This document shows positions 31,066-42,600 of a stretch of DNA of 64,000 nt, piece after piece. A model generated the notes under the pieces. That model worked only from the letters and a program-made list of their open reading frames with translations, searched no databases and had not been told where the DNA came from. Position 1 is the first letter of the stretch; each line of letters begins with the position of its first letter. Origin of the DNA: an uncultured candidate division Zixibacteria bacterium (lineage in GTDB: Bacteria > Zixibacteria > MSB-5A5 > UBA10806); assembly GCA_963801605.1 (NCBI GenBank), contig CAWDFP010000007.1, positions 384,001-448,000 of the forward strand. Reading direction: 5' to 3'. The translations under genes and the position numbers were made by a program.

Positions 31066-33820
31066 TTACCATGAGAAGGACACCCCCATCTTAACATTTC
31101 TTGGGTTAAGATACCTGGCAGGATTGAAAGGAAACGGAGTCAGCGGCGATGGATCGGGGTTCAAGGGATCGTTCCAGGTATCGAGGACGGGATCGCCATA
31201 CTCGTAGGCCCGTCCGGTTAAAGGATTGATAATATCGGAGTTTTTATCGTTGAATAAATTGGTGATCTCGGCAAAAACAGAAAAACGTAATCCCATCGGA
31301 CGGAAAAATTTCTTAATGCTGAAATCAACCCAGTGCCAGGTTTGCGAAAGCCCGGAGTTAGGGTTCAGATTATTGGCTATGTATTGAACCTGCTCACCCT
31401 GCCTCTCAATCCTGGTGTAGGTGGTATATCTCTTCCCGGACTGGAAGAAGGATCTCAAATAGAAGTCCCAATCGGAGGGCAACGTTAGGCCAAAGACATT
31501 ATAGTGATCTTTGGGGCCGGCGTATAAATTTAAATCCAGCGCCAGGCGCAAGGGGCGATCCCAGGAGAGATAATTTTCCTTAATCGATCTTTCAGCAAGC
31601 TGTCCTCTGGCGACCAGAAGCTCATCTTTGGGAGATGAGGATTTGCCGGTAGCAATTGAATAGGACCCGGTCAGATCGGCCGTGAAAAATCTGCCGGCTC
31701 GCTTTTTATATTCTATTTCAAGACCTCGTGAACGGGCATAATCGAGATTGAAATACATGAGGTAGGACTGGGTGCTGGTTCGTCCGGTTTGAGTAATTTT
31801 GAGAGCGGCGATATAATCGAAAATATCGCGGTAATAAGCGGTCACGGTAAGAACATCGTTGGTGGTAACTTCATAGCGCAGATCCAAGCTCATAGGATAC
31901 CGTAGTTTCGGGATTGAGATCGGGATTGCCAAAGAGCTGATAGGTGGATTGCGAAATGGAATTCAGCTTGGCATAAACTCTTTGCGGCTGGGGCAGCTTG
32001 GAAAAATGGCCGTAAGAATAGAAAAGCATGGCGTTATCGAGAATCGGGTGCGAGATGCCCAGTCGCGGCGAGAGATGGGCTTTGCCTCGCAGACCAAACA
32101 TATCGAAAGTATTTTTATAATAGGATTGCCGTAAGGCCGGAGAAACAATCAACGAATCCTGTACGGCGCGATCGACGTATTTCCCGGGGAACCACCAGTC
32201 GAATCTCATACCGAGATTGACGATCAGACCCGAGGATGTCATTTTATTCTGAACGTAGGCAGCTCCCGATGATGGATAGACCCGATAGATATCGTGATTC
32301 AGACCCAATCCGGTCTGGCCTGACCAGGGCTGAATGATATCGACCATTTGCATGGTTTGGATATTTTCCTCGATACCGGATTTTAAGAGGTTCTTCTCCC
32401 CCAGACTCTTGGTAAGATCACCTTTGAGAGTATACTGTTCGAAAAAGTGATCGTGCCAGGTATCGCCATCACCATAATCGTAAAAACCGTCACCTGTAGT
32501 GACAGTATAAGCGACTGTATCAAGGCCGTGCTGGGCGTTGGGCTGAGTGATAGGAAAATAATTAATCGGGACCATATCGATAGGCTGATTATAGGCCAGC
32601 CAGTGCTTGCCGCCAACATCGCTGTGAAGCTGAGTAAAAAATCTCGACAAGCGCATTTCATAAAAGAAGGTCGGTGAAGTGGTGTGAGTCCAGGTAAGCG
32701 AGGTTTGATTGGAAATTCTGGTCTGGGTATTGTAATGATCCAGATTATACTGGTATTGATAAGGATAAGAATTGAAATCCGGCTGCGGATTTTCAAACTC
32801 ATTGGCCGAGAAACCCTGATCTATATTAGCAGAGCCGCTCGTGGAAAATACCAGTCTGCGGGTCGGAGAAAAATCCCATATCGCCTTGAACAACCCGGAA
32901 TAGTTATTTGAACCCCGGGGCGCATATTTATGGCCGCCGAAAATCGATGAATACAGATTATTGCTGTGGGGCAGGTAAGTATTCGAAAGGAGACCATAAC
33001 CTGAAGCGAAGAAAGACCCTTTTTTGCCGGTTAATGGAATCGGCCCCGACAGAGAGATCTCGCCAACATCGGAATTATAATTAGTCAGGCCGATCTTATC
33101 GGTTTTGTAAGTGAATTGTCCTTTCAATCTTTCGGAGCCGCGCTTGGTTTTAACCTCGATAACCCCGGACATCGATTGCCCGTATTCGGCGTTGAAACCT
33201 CCGGTTAAAACCTCAACTTCCTCGATGGAATTTGCGGAAAGCATCAAGCCTGATGTCCCGCCCGAGAATGGGTCCTGAATCGAAAGGCCATCGATGAGAT
33301 AGGAGTTTTCGTAAGCTCGGCCGCCTCTGATATGAATTTCATTTTTCTCGGCGACCACGCCGGGCTGATTGCGGATGAGATCGGTAACATTTTCGATGAC
33401 CGAAGCCTCGATTTCTTTAGAGCCAATGGTCTTCTTTGATTCGGTCGATTCGATATCCAGCATGGGTTTCTCACCGATGACGACGATATCGGTGCCAAGA
33501 GTGAGCACGCTGCTTTGCAACTTATAATCATTGGTAAGCTGGGAGGAATCGTTAACCACCAGGCCGTTACGCTGGATAACTTTATAACCGATGAGGCTTA
33601 TTTCGAGGTTATAGGTTCCCTCTTTGACACCGCTGACACGATAATTACCGTTGGGATCAGTCGCCGCGCCGTAATAGGTGCCCTTAAGCATGACATTGGC
33701 TCCAGGCAGAGCCTCACCATTTGTGGCGTCAGTGATCTTGCCTTGAAGGGTGTATGTCTTTTGTGAGAGGGCCAGCGCCGGGAATAAAACGGCCAGCAAT
33801 ATCAGTCTAATAAGCCGCAT
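31066..33820 (-). CDS. TonB-dependent receptor with N-terminal carboxypeptidase-like domain (one frameshift near 31880)
   Basis: GKITDATNGEALPGANV, IHIRGGRAYEN..LIDG, GGFNAEYG, SPRLGISHPI, GNPDLNPETTVSYELG then LRYEV; ends PRNVKMGVSFSW. Confidence 0.9.
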
Positions 33821-35306
33821 GTCCGAACTCCTGTTGGATTACATATCTTAACAAACTTTCAAAGTGCCCCGAACACAGATAAAGCTCCATCGAAAAATAG
33901 ACGAGCTGGGCCGGTCCGGCAGCCGGATATTTGGCCGCGACAGTATCAACCCTGGTCGGAGTGGCATCGGCGCTTTGAGTATAGAGCGCCTGGACGCTAC
34001 CTGGCATAAGACCGCTGGGCGAACCCGGCTTAAAGCCATAGGATTTGGAAAGCGGGTAGGAAGGAAAACCCGGTTCATTCGAGGCAAGCGTATCGGGGTA
34101 ACCCGCAGGAGCGCTGCCGACCCTAACGATTCGGAAGCTTCGGCCAATACGAGGCGCGGTGACAGTATCAATTGGCAGGAAGGGATAAATGACGGTATCA
34201 CCTTCATAACGTTGAGTCGAGAATGCCAATAGATGACCGCCCGATGCCAGATATCTTGTAATGGATTCGGAAGCATCTTTAAAATGAGGATAGGAACCGC
34301 CGTGCCAGATGATCACATCGAACAGCTTTAAGGTCTCCTCGATATCACGAGGATAATAGCTGAGCCTGTCAACGGTCACCCAATTGGAATAATTATTGGC
34401 GCCATAGATATGCGTTAATGAGGAATCGATATCTTTGTCAATATCGGATGCATAGCGATCATCATCTATGAACAGAGCGCTACCGACCACCGGCATCACA
34501 TTCCATTGTCCGGTCGTATCGGGATAATAAACGATGTTGGAGAAAGCGCTGGCGACGTCATGACATCTCAAGAAGAACCTGTAGCTGCCGGGCTGGAGAT
34601 CGTTAAAAATCTTAAAGGTTCGGAGCGAATCCAGATGTACCCAGTTGGGCGAGTTGAGGAAATCATCCTGCCAGAAAATACTGTCATGAGGCGGAGTAGT
34701 CGGAGTGGCGGGCAGATGTATGATGCTATCGATAGGCATCGTGGCCGCATCGGCCAGATAATAATCATAACCTGTTATGGTGGCATCACCATCAGGATCG
34801 CTTCCGGTCCAGCCAATCGAAAAATATGAGAAGCTGTTATAGACGTTGCCAGAGTAGTTGCGAACAAAATCAATCGGGAATTTTACAGACGGCGGCGTAT
34901 TCATCACCGGGAAGGATAAATGAGCCGGTGAGGGATCGGTCAGACCGTCATCATCGATGGCCCTAACCTCGAATGAAAAAGTGTCGTGAGGCACTCTGAT
35001 GGGGACAAGGAAGGTGTCGGTGACAACCGTTGTAAAAGTCCAGCAAGTATCGCAACTGAAGCTCCATTTGTATTGGTAACCAGCCACTTCGCCATCGGGA
35101 TCATCTCCGTACCAGTGTAATACCTGCATACTGGCAGATTCTCCCGGAAGCTGCAGAGTATCCGAAAAGAAAAGATACAGATGCGTATCCGGCGGAAGGT
35201 TAGTGTTCGGCTTGGTGGTACGATCAGTTGAGCAGGCAAAGAGTATTGCCAGCAATATCAAACTGATCGCGGCCCACCTGCCCCAAAATGTTTTAAAAGG
35301 TAGCAT
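33807..35306 (-). CDS. Lipoprotein with Ig/FN3-like repeats, function unknown
   Basis: Lipobox ILFAC; repeated W.G.DPDG....Y.Y and FEVRAIDDDG..DPSPA. Confidence 0.75.
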   Translation of the reverse strand: MLPFKTFWGRWAAISLILLAILFACSTDRTTKPNTNLPPDTHLYLFFSDTLQLPGESASMQVLHWYGDDPDGEVAGYQYKWSFSCDTCWTFTTVVTDTFLVPIRVPHDTFSFEVRAIDDDGLTDPSPAHLSFPVMNTPPSVKFPIDFVRNYSGNVYNSFSYFSIGWTGSDPDGDATITGYDYYLADAATMPIDSIIHLPATPTTPPHDSIFWQDDFLNSPNWVHLDSLRTFKIFNDLQPGSYRFFLRCHDVASAFSNIVYYPDTTGQWNVMPVVGSALFIDDDRYASDIDKDIDSSLTHIYGANNYSNWVTVDRLSYYPRDIEETLKLFDVIIWHGGSYPHFKDASESITRYLASGGHLLAFSTQRYEGDTVIYPFLPIDTVTAPRIGRSFRIVRVGSAPAGYPDTLASNEPGFPSYPLSKSYGFKPGSPSGLMPGSVQALYTQSADATPTRVDTVAAKYPAAGPAQLVYFSMELYLCSGHFESLLRYVIQQEFGHAAY

Positions 35307-37296
35307 TTACTTTAAAAGCACCATTCTTTTGGTATCCGAATAGTCTTTGGTTTCAAGTTTATAGAAATAAACACCGCTGGAAACTTTATCGCCCGCGGCG
35401 TTGTCACCGTTCCATTCAACATTATGCTGGCCCGGTTGGAGCTCCTGATTCACCAGACTGGTGACCTTCTCCCCCATGATATTGTAAACGGATAGGTTGA
35501 CATGGGTCTTCTCTTTCAAATTGAAAGAGATCATTGTGGAGGGGTTGAACGGATTGGGATAGTTCTGCGATAAGGAATAATTTTCGGGAACGGCTACATC
35601 CTGGTCAACTCCGACAATCCACATGAAATCGGTGTAGAACCTGGGCATAAGCTCATAATAGCTATTGAACGGATCGGAGTAATCGTATTGGCTTAAAACA
35701 CCCACGATATTGGCTCTGTTAGCTCCCTGAGTCTGGCCATCGATATCGGTCGAAAGATCGATACGCAAGGTGGCGCTGTCAGTATCGACAATAGTCATGG
35801 TCGCCGATGAACCCAGCGGCGGCCAGGGATTGGGAGTCGGCAGCAACTGGACGTTGTTCAGACGCAACAGGGTTCCCTCATAAGTTTCGCCAACTATGTC
35901 ACCGAGGGCGCCACAGGTTACAACCATCGTATCAGGTATATGGCCGGGTCCGTTGAGGGTAATGCGGTTACCTCTATAGGCTACAACTCGGGTCTTACCG
36001 TAATACTGCTGGATGATACCATTGACAGTGATGGAATCACCGGGATTAACCATTATCTGAGTGGAATCGAAATATACCTCGATACCGGCATGGGCTTGTT
36101 CCATGTAGAAATCGGTCTGGCGGGTGTTGAAGTTAGGTGACACCGCGATACCAGTGACGATCACGGCGCTATCCAATAGATCGGGGATGAAATCAGCGTT
36201 AGCGTCGATCCTGGCCTGAGCGATTGTCAGGGTACGAGGCTGCTGCACATGATACTCATGGAAGCTAAACGGGGCCTCATAAGGTTCATTAGTGACGTTA
36301 TTGGAATCATCGACGGCGCGAACATAATAGTCAACGTTCCATCCGGCGACCGGCGATGGCAAGGTGAAGGTATAATTATCAGTATTTGGCACATGCGTCA
36401 TAGGAACGTTGGTCCAGCCGCCGAGATTAATTCGATAAACGAGTCTGACGCTGTCCTGCGGAAGCGGTTCGTCGTCAACCGCATAGGCGGTGATAGTAAC
36501 AGGATCGTTAACCAGAGGATAGGTCGGCGAATTGGATACGGTTACGATAGGCGCTCCGCGCGACAAGCGTAAATCTCTCATATAGCGCGGTTGAAGGCTG
36601 TAGATTCCAAAACGATGATAGATGACGCCCTGTACGAAATCAAATACGGTGCCGCGGGGTGGACGGAAAGAATTGGGGATAGAATCAGCGGCTTCTCTAA
36701 CGCACATACGGTGGCCGGTCGAATCATGACAAATCCAGGTGGAAGTTGTGGTATAATTTATAAGTGAATCGACGGTAAGTCCGTGAACGGAAATAAATAC
36801 TCCCTCATATTGTTCGGCGGCAGAATCGGCGCCGGCAGTAGAATCGAGATCGGTGGCGCCGACTATCAGCGCTGGAGGCTCGGGCATACCATAACTTCTA
36901 AATTGAAACGAACTGGGGATGATTAGAAGTTCGGTCATGACATCATACTCCGGAGGAGGAAGCGAGGCATATTCGCTAACTAACGGCAGTGCATAGGATT
37001 GAATCGCCGGGGACGAGAGTGGGATAGCCCTGCGCGCTGGCGCTATAGGCCATTATCCCTGACCAAGGGCCACCGGTAGGGTTTTCCATATAAAATGTAA
37101 CACCCGTTCCAGCGTAGAATGCGCCCGTGCCGCAGGTAATCAGGCCTCCGGTAATTACGGTGTCGCCTGCAAACCTGGAACTATCCTGGCCAACCGGCAC
37201 CCACTGAATGCTGTCGATAGGCACGGTTGGGTAACTCAGTGCCAGGGCAGGAATCAGCAGCACCGCTGCCAAAAACAGAATCGTTAGCACTTTCAT
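35307..37296 (-). CDS. Surface protein with tandem OB-fold-like modules and T9SS type A CTD (one frameshift near 36980)
   Basis: Signal peptide; FYMEN..GGPWSGI...PGDSI, EQYEGVFI, ETYEGTLL, LQPRY/LMPRF; LSQNYPNPFNPST...RMVLLK; ORFs join as CTAVVSEY. Confidence 0.8.
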
Positions 37297-37308
37297 AATT
37301 TTTCTCCT

Positions 37309-39434
37309 TTATTTAATTACTACGAATCTTCCTCTTGAAACATCACCCGAAGCCAAATCTTCAACGGTAAAAAGATACATACCCGTGGCGAGCGCCTGAT
37401 CGGCTTTGGTTACTAAATCCCAGGCGTGGATTCCACCTGAAAAGACTACATCTCCAGCGGCATATTGACTGAACCAGGCAACGTCGGCGCCGGTATAGGT
37501 GGCGCCGTCATGATCGATGGTGTCAACCAGGTCGCCGGCCAGCGTATAGATACGGATCGTACAGCGATCCGGGAGATTGGCGAAATAAAGAAGCCTGGCT
37601 CTCTCCTGAACACCATCATCACCCTGACCATCCCAAATAGCGTTGGCTTTATAGGGATTGGGAAATACGGTAACTTCCCTCTTAGTATCTGCCTGTGAAC
37701 CGGGAAAAGCCCTGCTATAACTTAAGAGGACTCCTGATTCCAGGCTGGGAAGGTTGTTGGTGGGATCGCCCATATCGAAAGCGGTGACGGCAAATGCATA
37801 TTGCCAGCCGTTAAGCAATTGATCATTAGTGAATTTATAATAATAAGCATGACCATCCAAAGTTTCCGGTTGAGCCAGCTTGATAAAATCGAGGCCGGTG
37901 TTATATCCCACCGAATCGTTTCTGTCGAACTGAGCAATTAGCTCGAAAAGTTGTTTGAGACCCGTATTCTGATTTTGCTGAGTAATGCGGGCGCGATAAA
38001 TCTTGTAACCCTCGAAATCGGTTTGCCCGGTAACGGGATCGATGAAGCTCTCGGGAGAATTATCCCAATAAACATCGACTTTACCATCACCGGCGACAAG
38101 TTTCATGACGGGCGGCGGCGGAGCTTCCGGCAAAAGATAACGATCTATGCGATGGTTATAAGGCGGAAGGTCCTCGCCGGGATCGAGCCTGCCATTGCCA
38201 TTTTTATCCTCACCGTTATAAGAGATTTTAGCCCAGCGTGAATTGGTGAATAAATTGAACCTGGATAGCTCGGTGTCATCTTCCATACGATCCGGACCAT
38301 ACTTATTGGCGCAAACCACAGCAAATACAAAATTGATGGAATCACCCGGAGCCAGATCGGGAAAAGGCCCGGTGGCCAAAAGCATAGAACGGTTGAGCGG
38401 ACCCTGAGCGGCGATATAATCACGCCAACCATTAATAGTATTGAGGCCGGTTGTCATGTGCTGGTAACGCTCGGAGTCGTATTGCGGCATGAAAAGGACC
38501 GGGTCCTGATTATTCTTAAAAATCCATTCGTAGTAACTTGTCCGGGATAAATATGATTGCCCCGAATCGGGATCAATGGCGGGAGTAGTGCCTAATATTC
38601 TGAGTCCGATATAGCTTTGGGCATACCCGAAATCGCCGTCATAATCATATTCGTAACCCATCTGGAGAGAATCTATATAATTGTTGCCATCGTCGGTATA
38701 ACGCCAGGAAGATGTCGGACCCCATCCCCCCGGAGGATTTAAGTCGGTGTTTCCGACCATGGTATCGACCCAATAACCTACGAATGGTTCCTGGATGACA
38801 TCGCTGCTCGTATTTTTTATCGTAAAATCAAGAATGACATAAGCGTCAGCGAAAGATTGGCTCCAGGCGTAGCTCCTCTGAGTGACAGTAATCCCAGGGG
38901 ACGATGATCAGGAATTTCCTCGCCTGTTTGCGGAATTACGGAGTTGGAATCGGTATAGGTACAAATAAAATCCTGGTGGCTGATGGCGTTGGGATCATAA
39001 TAAGGCGAAACGGGCAAGAGCGATCGTTCGATAATTGAATCTCCCGGAGAAGTGTGAATCTCGCCGGGCACTCCGTAACCGGTGGTAAATTCAAACCCCG
39101 AGGCCGCGCCATTGGGTTTGCGGGAAACATCAATTGCCCCGGTGGAAACGCGGATCTCGTTATTCTTGAGTCCGCCGACCCAGAGGCCGCCCATATACAT
39201 GTGTTCGACATGGGAACCTATGGGATATTCGCAGGAGAGCCGGCCGCGTTCGGCAAATCCCAATCCCATCGTACCGTAATTGGTTATTACCAGGCTGATG
39301 TTGCCAACATTAACAGTATGGCGTTCGTCATCATCAGCTTTGAGAATGGAGGGAAAAGTAATTATAATAGATATTATAATCGCCAGGAATAATATTGGCA
39401 CACGATAAAAAATAGCGGCTTTGACAGTTTTCAT
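37309..39434 (-). CDS. Secreted FN3-containing protein with T9SS-like CTD, typical of TonB/PorV clusters (one frameshift near 38893)
   Basis: VGNISLVITNYG...GGLWVGG; adding one G restores PLGITVTQRSYAWS; DFEGYKIYR; VFPNPY...IRIYTLAGDLV...GRFVVIK. Confidence 0.8.
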
Positions 39435-39610
39435 TTTTTAGCTCCGCGCTCGGAGTCCTATTCAATTTTTTAAAAGATGCTCAGTAAATCAGACAGTAAT
39501 ATTGATTCACCCGAGGCCCCCATTCGCTAACAAATTATAACTAAAGCATCTACACAATAGCAAGGGGATTTTTCCAGACTCAAGACTCGAAACGAATCTC
39601 ACTTGCCACA

Positions 39611-39644
39611 AAACAAATCGGGCTCCTCAATATGAGGAGCCCGA
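39611..39644 (-). terminator. Intrinsic terminator after the large dockerin gene
   Basis: tcgggctcctca-ata-tgaggagcccga 12-bp stem, A-rich flanks. Confidence 0.8.
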
Positions 39645-39667
39645 AAAATTACTTGTTCCGGTTACAA

Positions 39668-42600
39668 TTATTGCGCGTTTTGAGTATCAACTTTGGGTTG
39701 AGGCGCAACCAGCGGAGCAAGATCAACAATAGGCAAGCAGTCGGGGCATCCATGAACCATCGGACCACCCTTGAAGTAGCTCACCATGTAGGTAACATCG
39801 AGACCGTTGAAGGAACAGGACGCATTAACGTCACCAGCGACAAACCAGGTATGACCAGGTGTGCACTCGCAGGAGTACGGCGGAGGCGGACCACCCTTGA
39901 AGTAACCAACTGAATAAGTTACATCAAGACCATTGAAAACATGGCTATTGTTGGCATCACCTACGGCATAATCGCAGCCTGTCGGCGATTCCAGCATGGT
40001 AGCGTTGACGTTAGTTGTCTGGTCGGCTGTTACAACGATATTGTTGATAATGTTGTTAACATAACCGGCTTTGCTCAGATGTTCGTGGTAAGTAGCAGGC
40101 GGAAGCAACAGACTCCAGGTACCTCCGACACCCGAGAGATTGTTACCAACCTCGACCTCGGCGGCGTTATGAGTAATAATGGTCACACCTTCCAAGGGAG
40201 TTGTGCCGTCATGATCATAAACTATGCCGGCGATTGTGCCTTCCGGTCCAGCGCACCAAACTGATGACGAATTAAAGTCGGCATTAGTACGCGGAGAAAT
40301 GCGGAAGAAGCTGTGTTCAAATCTATAGACACCAGTGATTCCTCTGATGCGATCACCGAGAACCGGCACGTAGGTGTATCTGGTCCACAATCCATTCTTA
40401 ACGACCATTAGGGATTCAGAAGGATTGGTCAGGCTATGGATAATCCAACCATAAGCGTCAAAAGCGGTATTGGTAACAACGAAGGAATCGCAATCGGTAA
40501 CCAAATCGCTTTCATAATACTCGCCATGCGCCATCAGGTCGCTGGTCGCAATCTGATATGGTATCGGCGCGGGACCGGTGCCAACGATTTGCATATTTCC
40601 ATAGACGCTGACATCGCTAAGCTCAGTTTCCTGGAAATATTCGATGGCTTTACCAGTCGCAATAATCGTATCGCCGACGACAGGACGAGGAGTGACGCCG
40701 CCGACATACATGTGGATGCCTCTGTATGGAGGACCGCTTTGGTCATATCCAAATATGTTGCTTGGCTGACTGGTTGTAGAATCAGAGGTAACAACCACCT
40801 TGGAAGTAAAGATATCGCCGATATAGATAGTTGAATCACCGCCGGCACTTGGAGTTTGAACTACTGATATCGAGGTAATTCCCGAATGGTACAGTTTGTA
40901 GTGCGGGGTTACCATGCAAACATTGACGCTATCGCAAACGCCGTTGACGATCAGGGAGTCGATTGAATTATTGGGCTGAGCTGCGGTAGTTAAAATCGCC
41001 TTGCGGTTGCCAGATGCAGCAGCGCCAAGAATCGACAGGCCGTGGACGGTCGAATAGAAGCTCGGATTGGAAATCGAGGTAGTATTCATGGCTCTATCGA
41101 AAGTTACGGCTAATTGGGTATTGTCGATCGGCCAAACTGCGACAATGTTAGGCTCGGGAATAATTCCGATTTGGTAATCGGAACCAGATCTCGGCATAAG
41201 TATCCAGCCCTGAACGTTGGGCGAGGTTGTTCTACCTTCCCAGCGAAGAACACCGATAATGTAGTCGTAAACGCCACCCGTAGAAGGAAGCGGGCTGGGA
41301 ATGTTGGTTCCGCCGACCCACATATCATCGTCAATTCTGATTGAATCGGTGGAGGTATTGTCCCTGATCCAATATTTACCGTCGAGCTGGCTACCGGCCG
41401 AAAGAACGGTAACATTGTTGATTCTGATCAACTCGCTCTCCAGCGGCTCGGTTGAGTAATCGCATTTAAGAGCAAGTGTGGCGACGGTAACAATACTGGT
41501 ATCGGGTAGCGGCTGGCTGGGACCGAGTACCGTGAACGATTGAATGGTATCAAGTTCGGTCCAACCGTAGTATTCGTTTATAAAGCCATTTACCTGAACA
41601 TAATCGCCGACATGGGCGTTAACAGGATCGCCGTTGGGAAGAGTATAGTCGTAGGAGTAGAGGCCGCCCCAGGCAGTATTGCCCTGATCCTGAAGATAGA
41701 AAGTGCCATAGGTGGCTTGCCGGACGGCAGTCACGATACCGCATACGGATTGATAGGTGCCGGCATACGGAGACGGCCAGCAATTATCGCCGGTACCGGG
41801 ATCGAGTGAATTTTCGAGCGTGAAAATATTCATACCGGTGCAGACGGTTGGAGCGGTAAAGAGATCCGCTGAAGTGCGCGGCATGATTCTATAACGGCCG
41901 TAAGTGTAGCGGCCGATACCGCGAATGTAGGTGTATTGATGATTCATCTGGAAGACGCAGGAATCAACGCCGCCCAGAGAAAGATCGTTAGAGACGATGC
42001 AGGTATCGCCAGAACCGTCAATACCCAGGAATTCGCCATTATCAGGACGAGGCAGGGTATCGATTAAGGTGATGTTATTGATCTGAATGATCATGCCTTC
42101 GTATGGTTCGGCGGTGGCGCTGCAACTATCGAGACCGAGTGTGGCGCAGGTTATTACGTTCGGCGCCGGCAATGTATGGCCCGGAGAGTGCTTGGTAAGC
42201 ACGGAGACCGGACTAAGCTCTGTTTCAGCGTAATATTCACCCATAATACCGGTAACGGTTACGCTGTCGCCGACCTGAACCGTATCGATCGATTGATAAA
42301 CGTATAATCCCGACCAGGGAGTTGTAGCATCCTGGAGGAAGAATCTCATATGATATCCGGCGGTCGATCGTTCATATCGTCCGACCACTATTCCGGTTAC
42401 GGTTTCGCCCATTCCGAGTGAATCGGTGGGGAAACAATTTGGCAGAGTCCCTTGCACCGTGGTATGTTGAACGCTGTAGATCGGCACGTAGGGCGTAGCA
42501 TAGCCAAAAACAGTATAGGTGAAAGTTTGTGATTGGCTGCGTCCACCGTCATCGTCAGTGGCAACCACATAGTAGTTAACAATCGTTCCTGCGGGTTGGA

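Noticed and set aside
36976..36978. Stop-codon readthrough or recoding at the TAG ending ORF 36976..37296
   Set aside because: The protein continues in a different frame, so this is an indel, not readthrough
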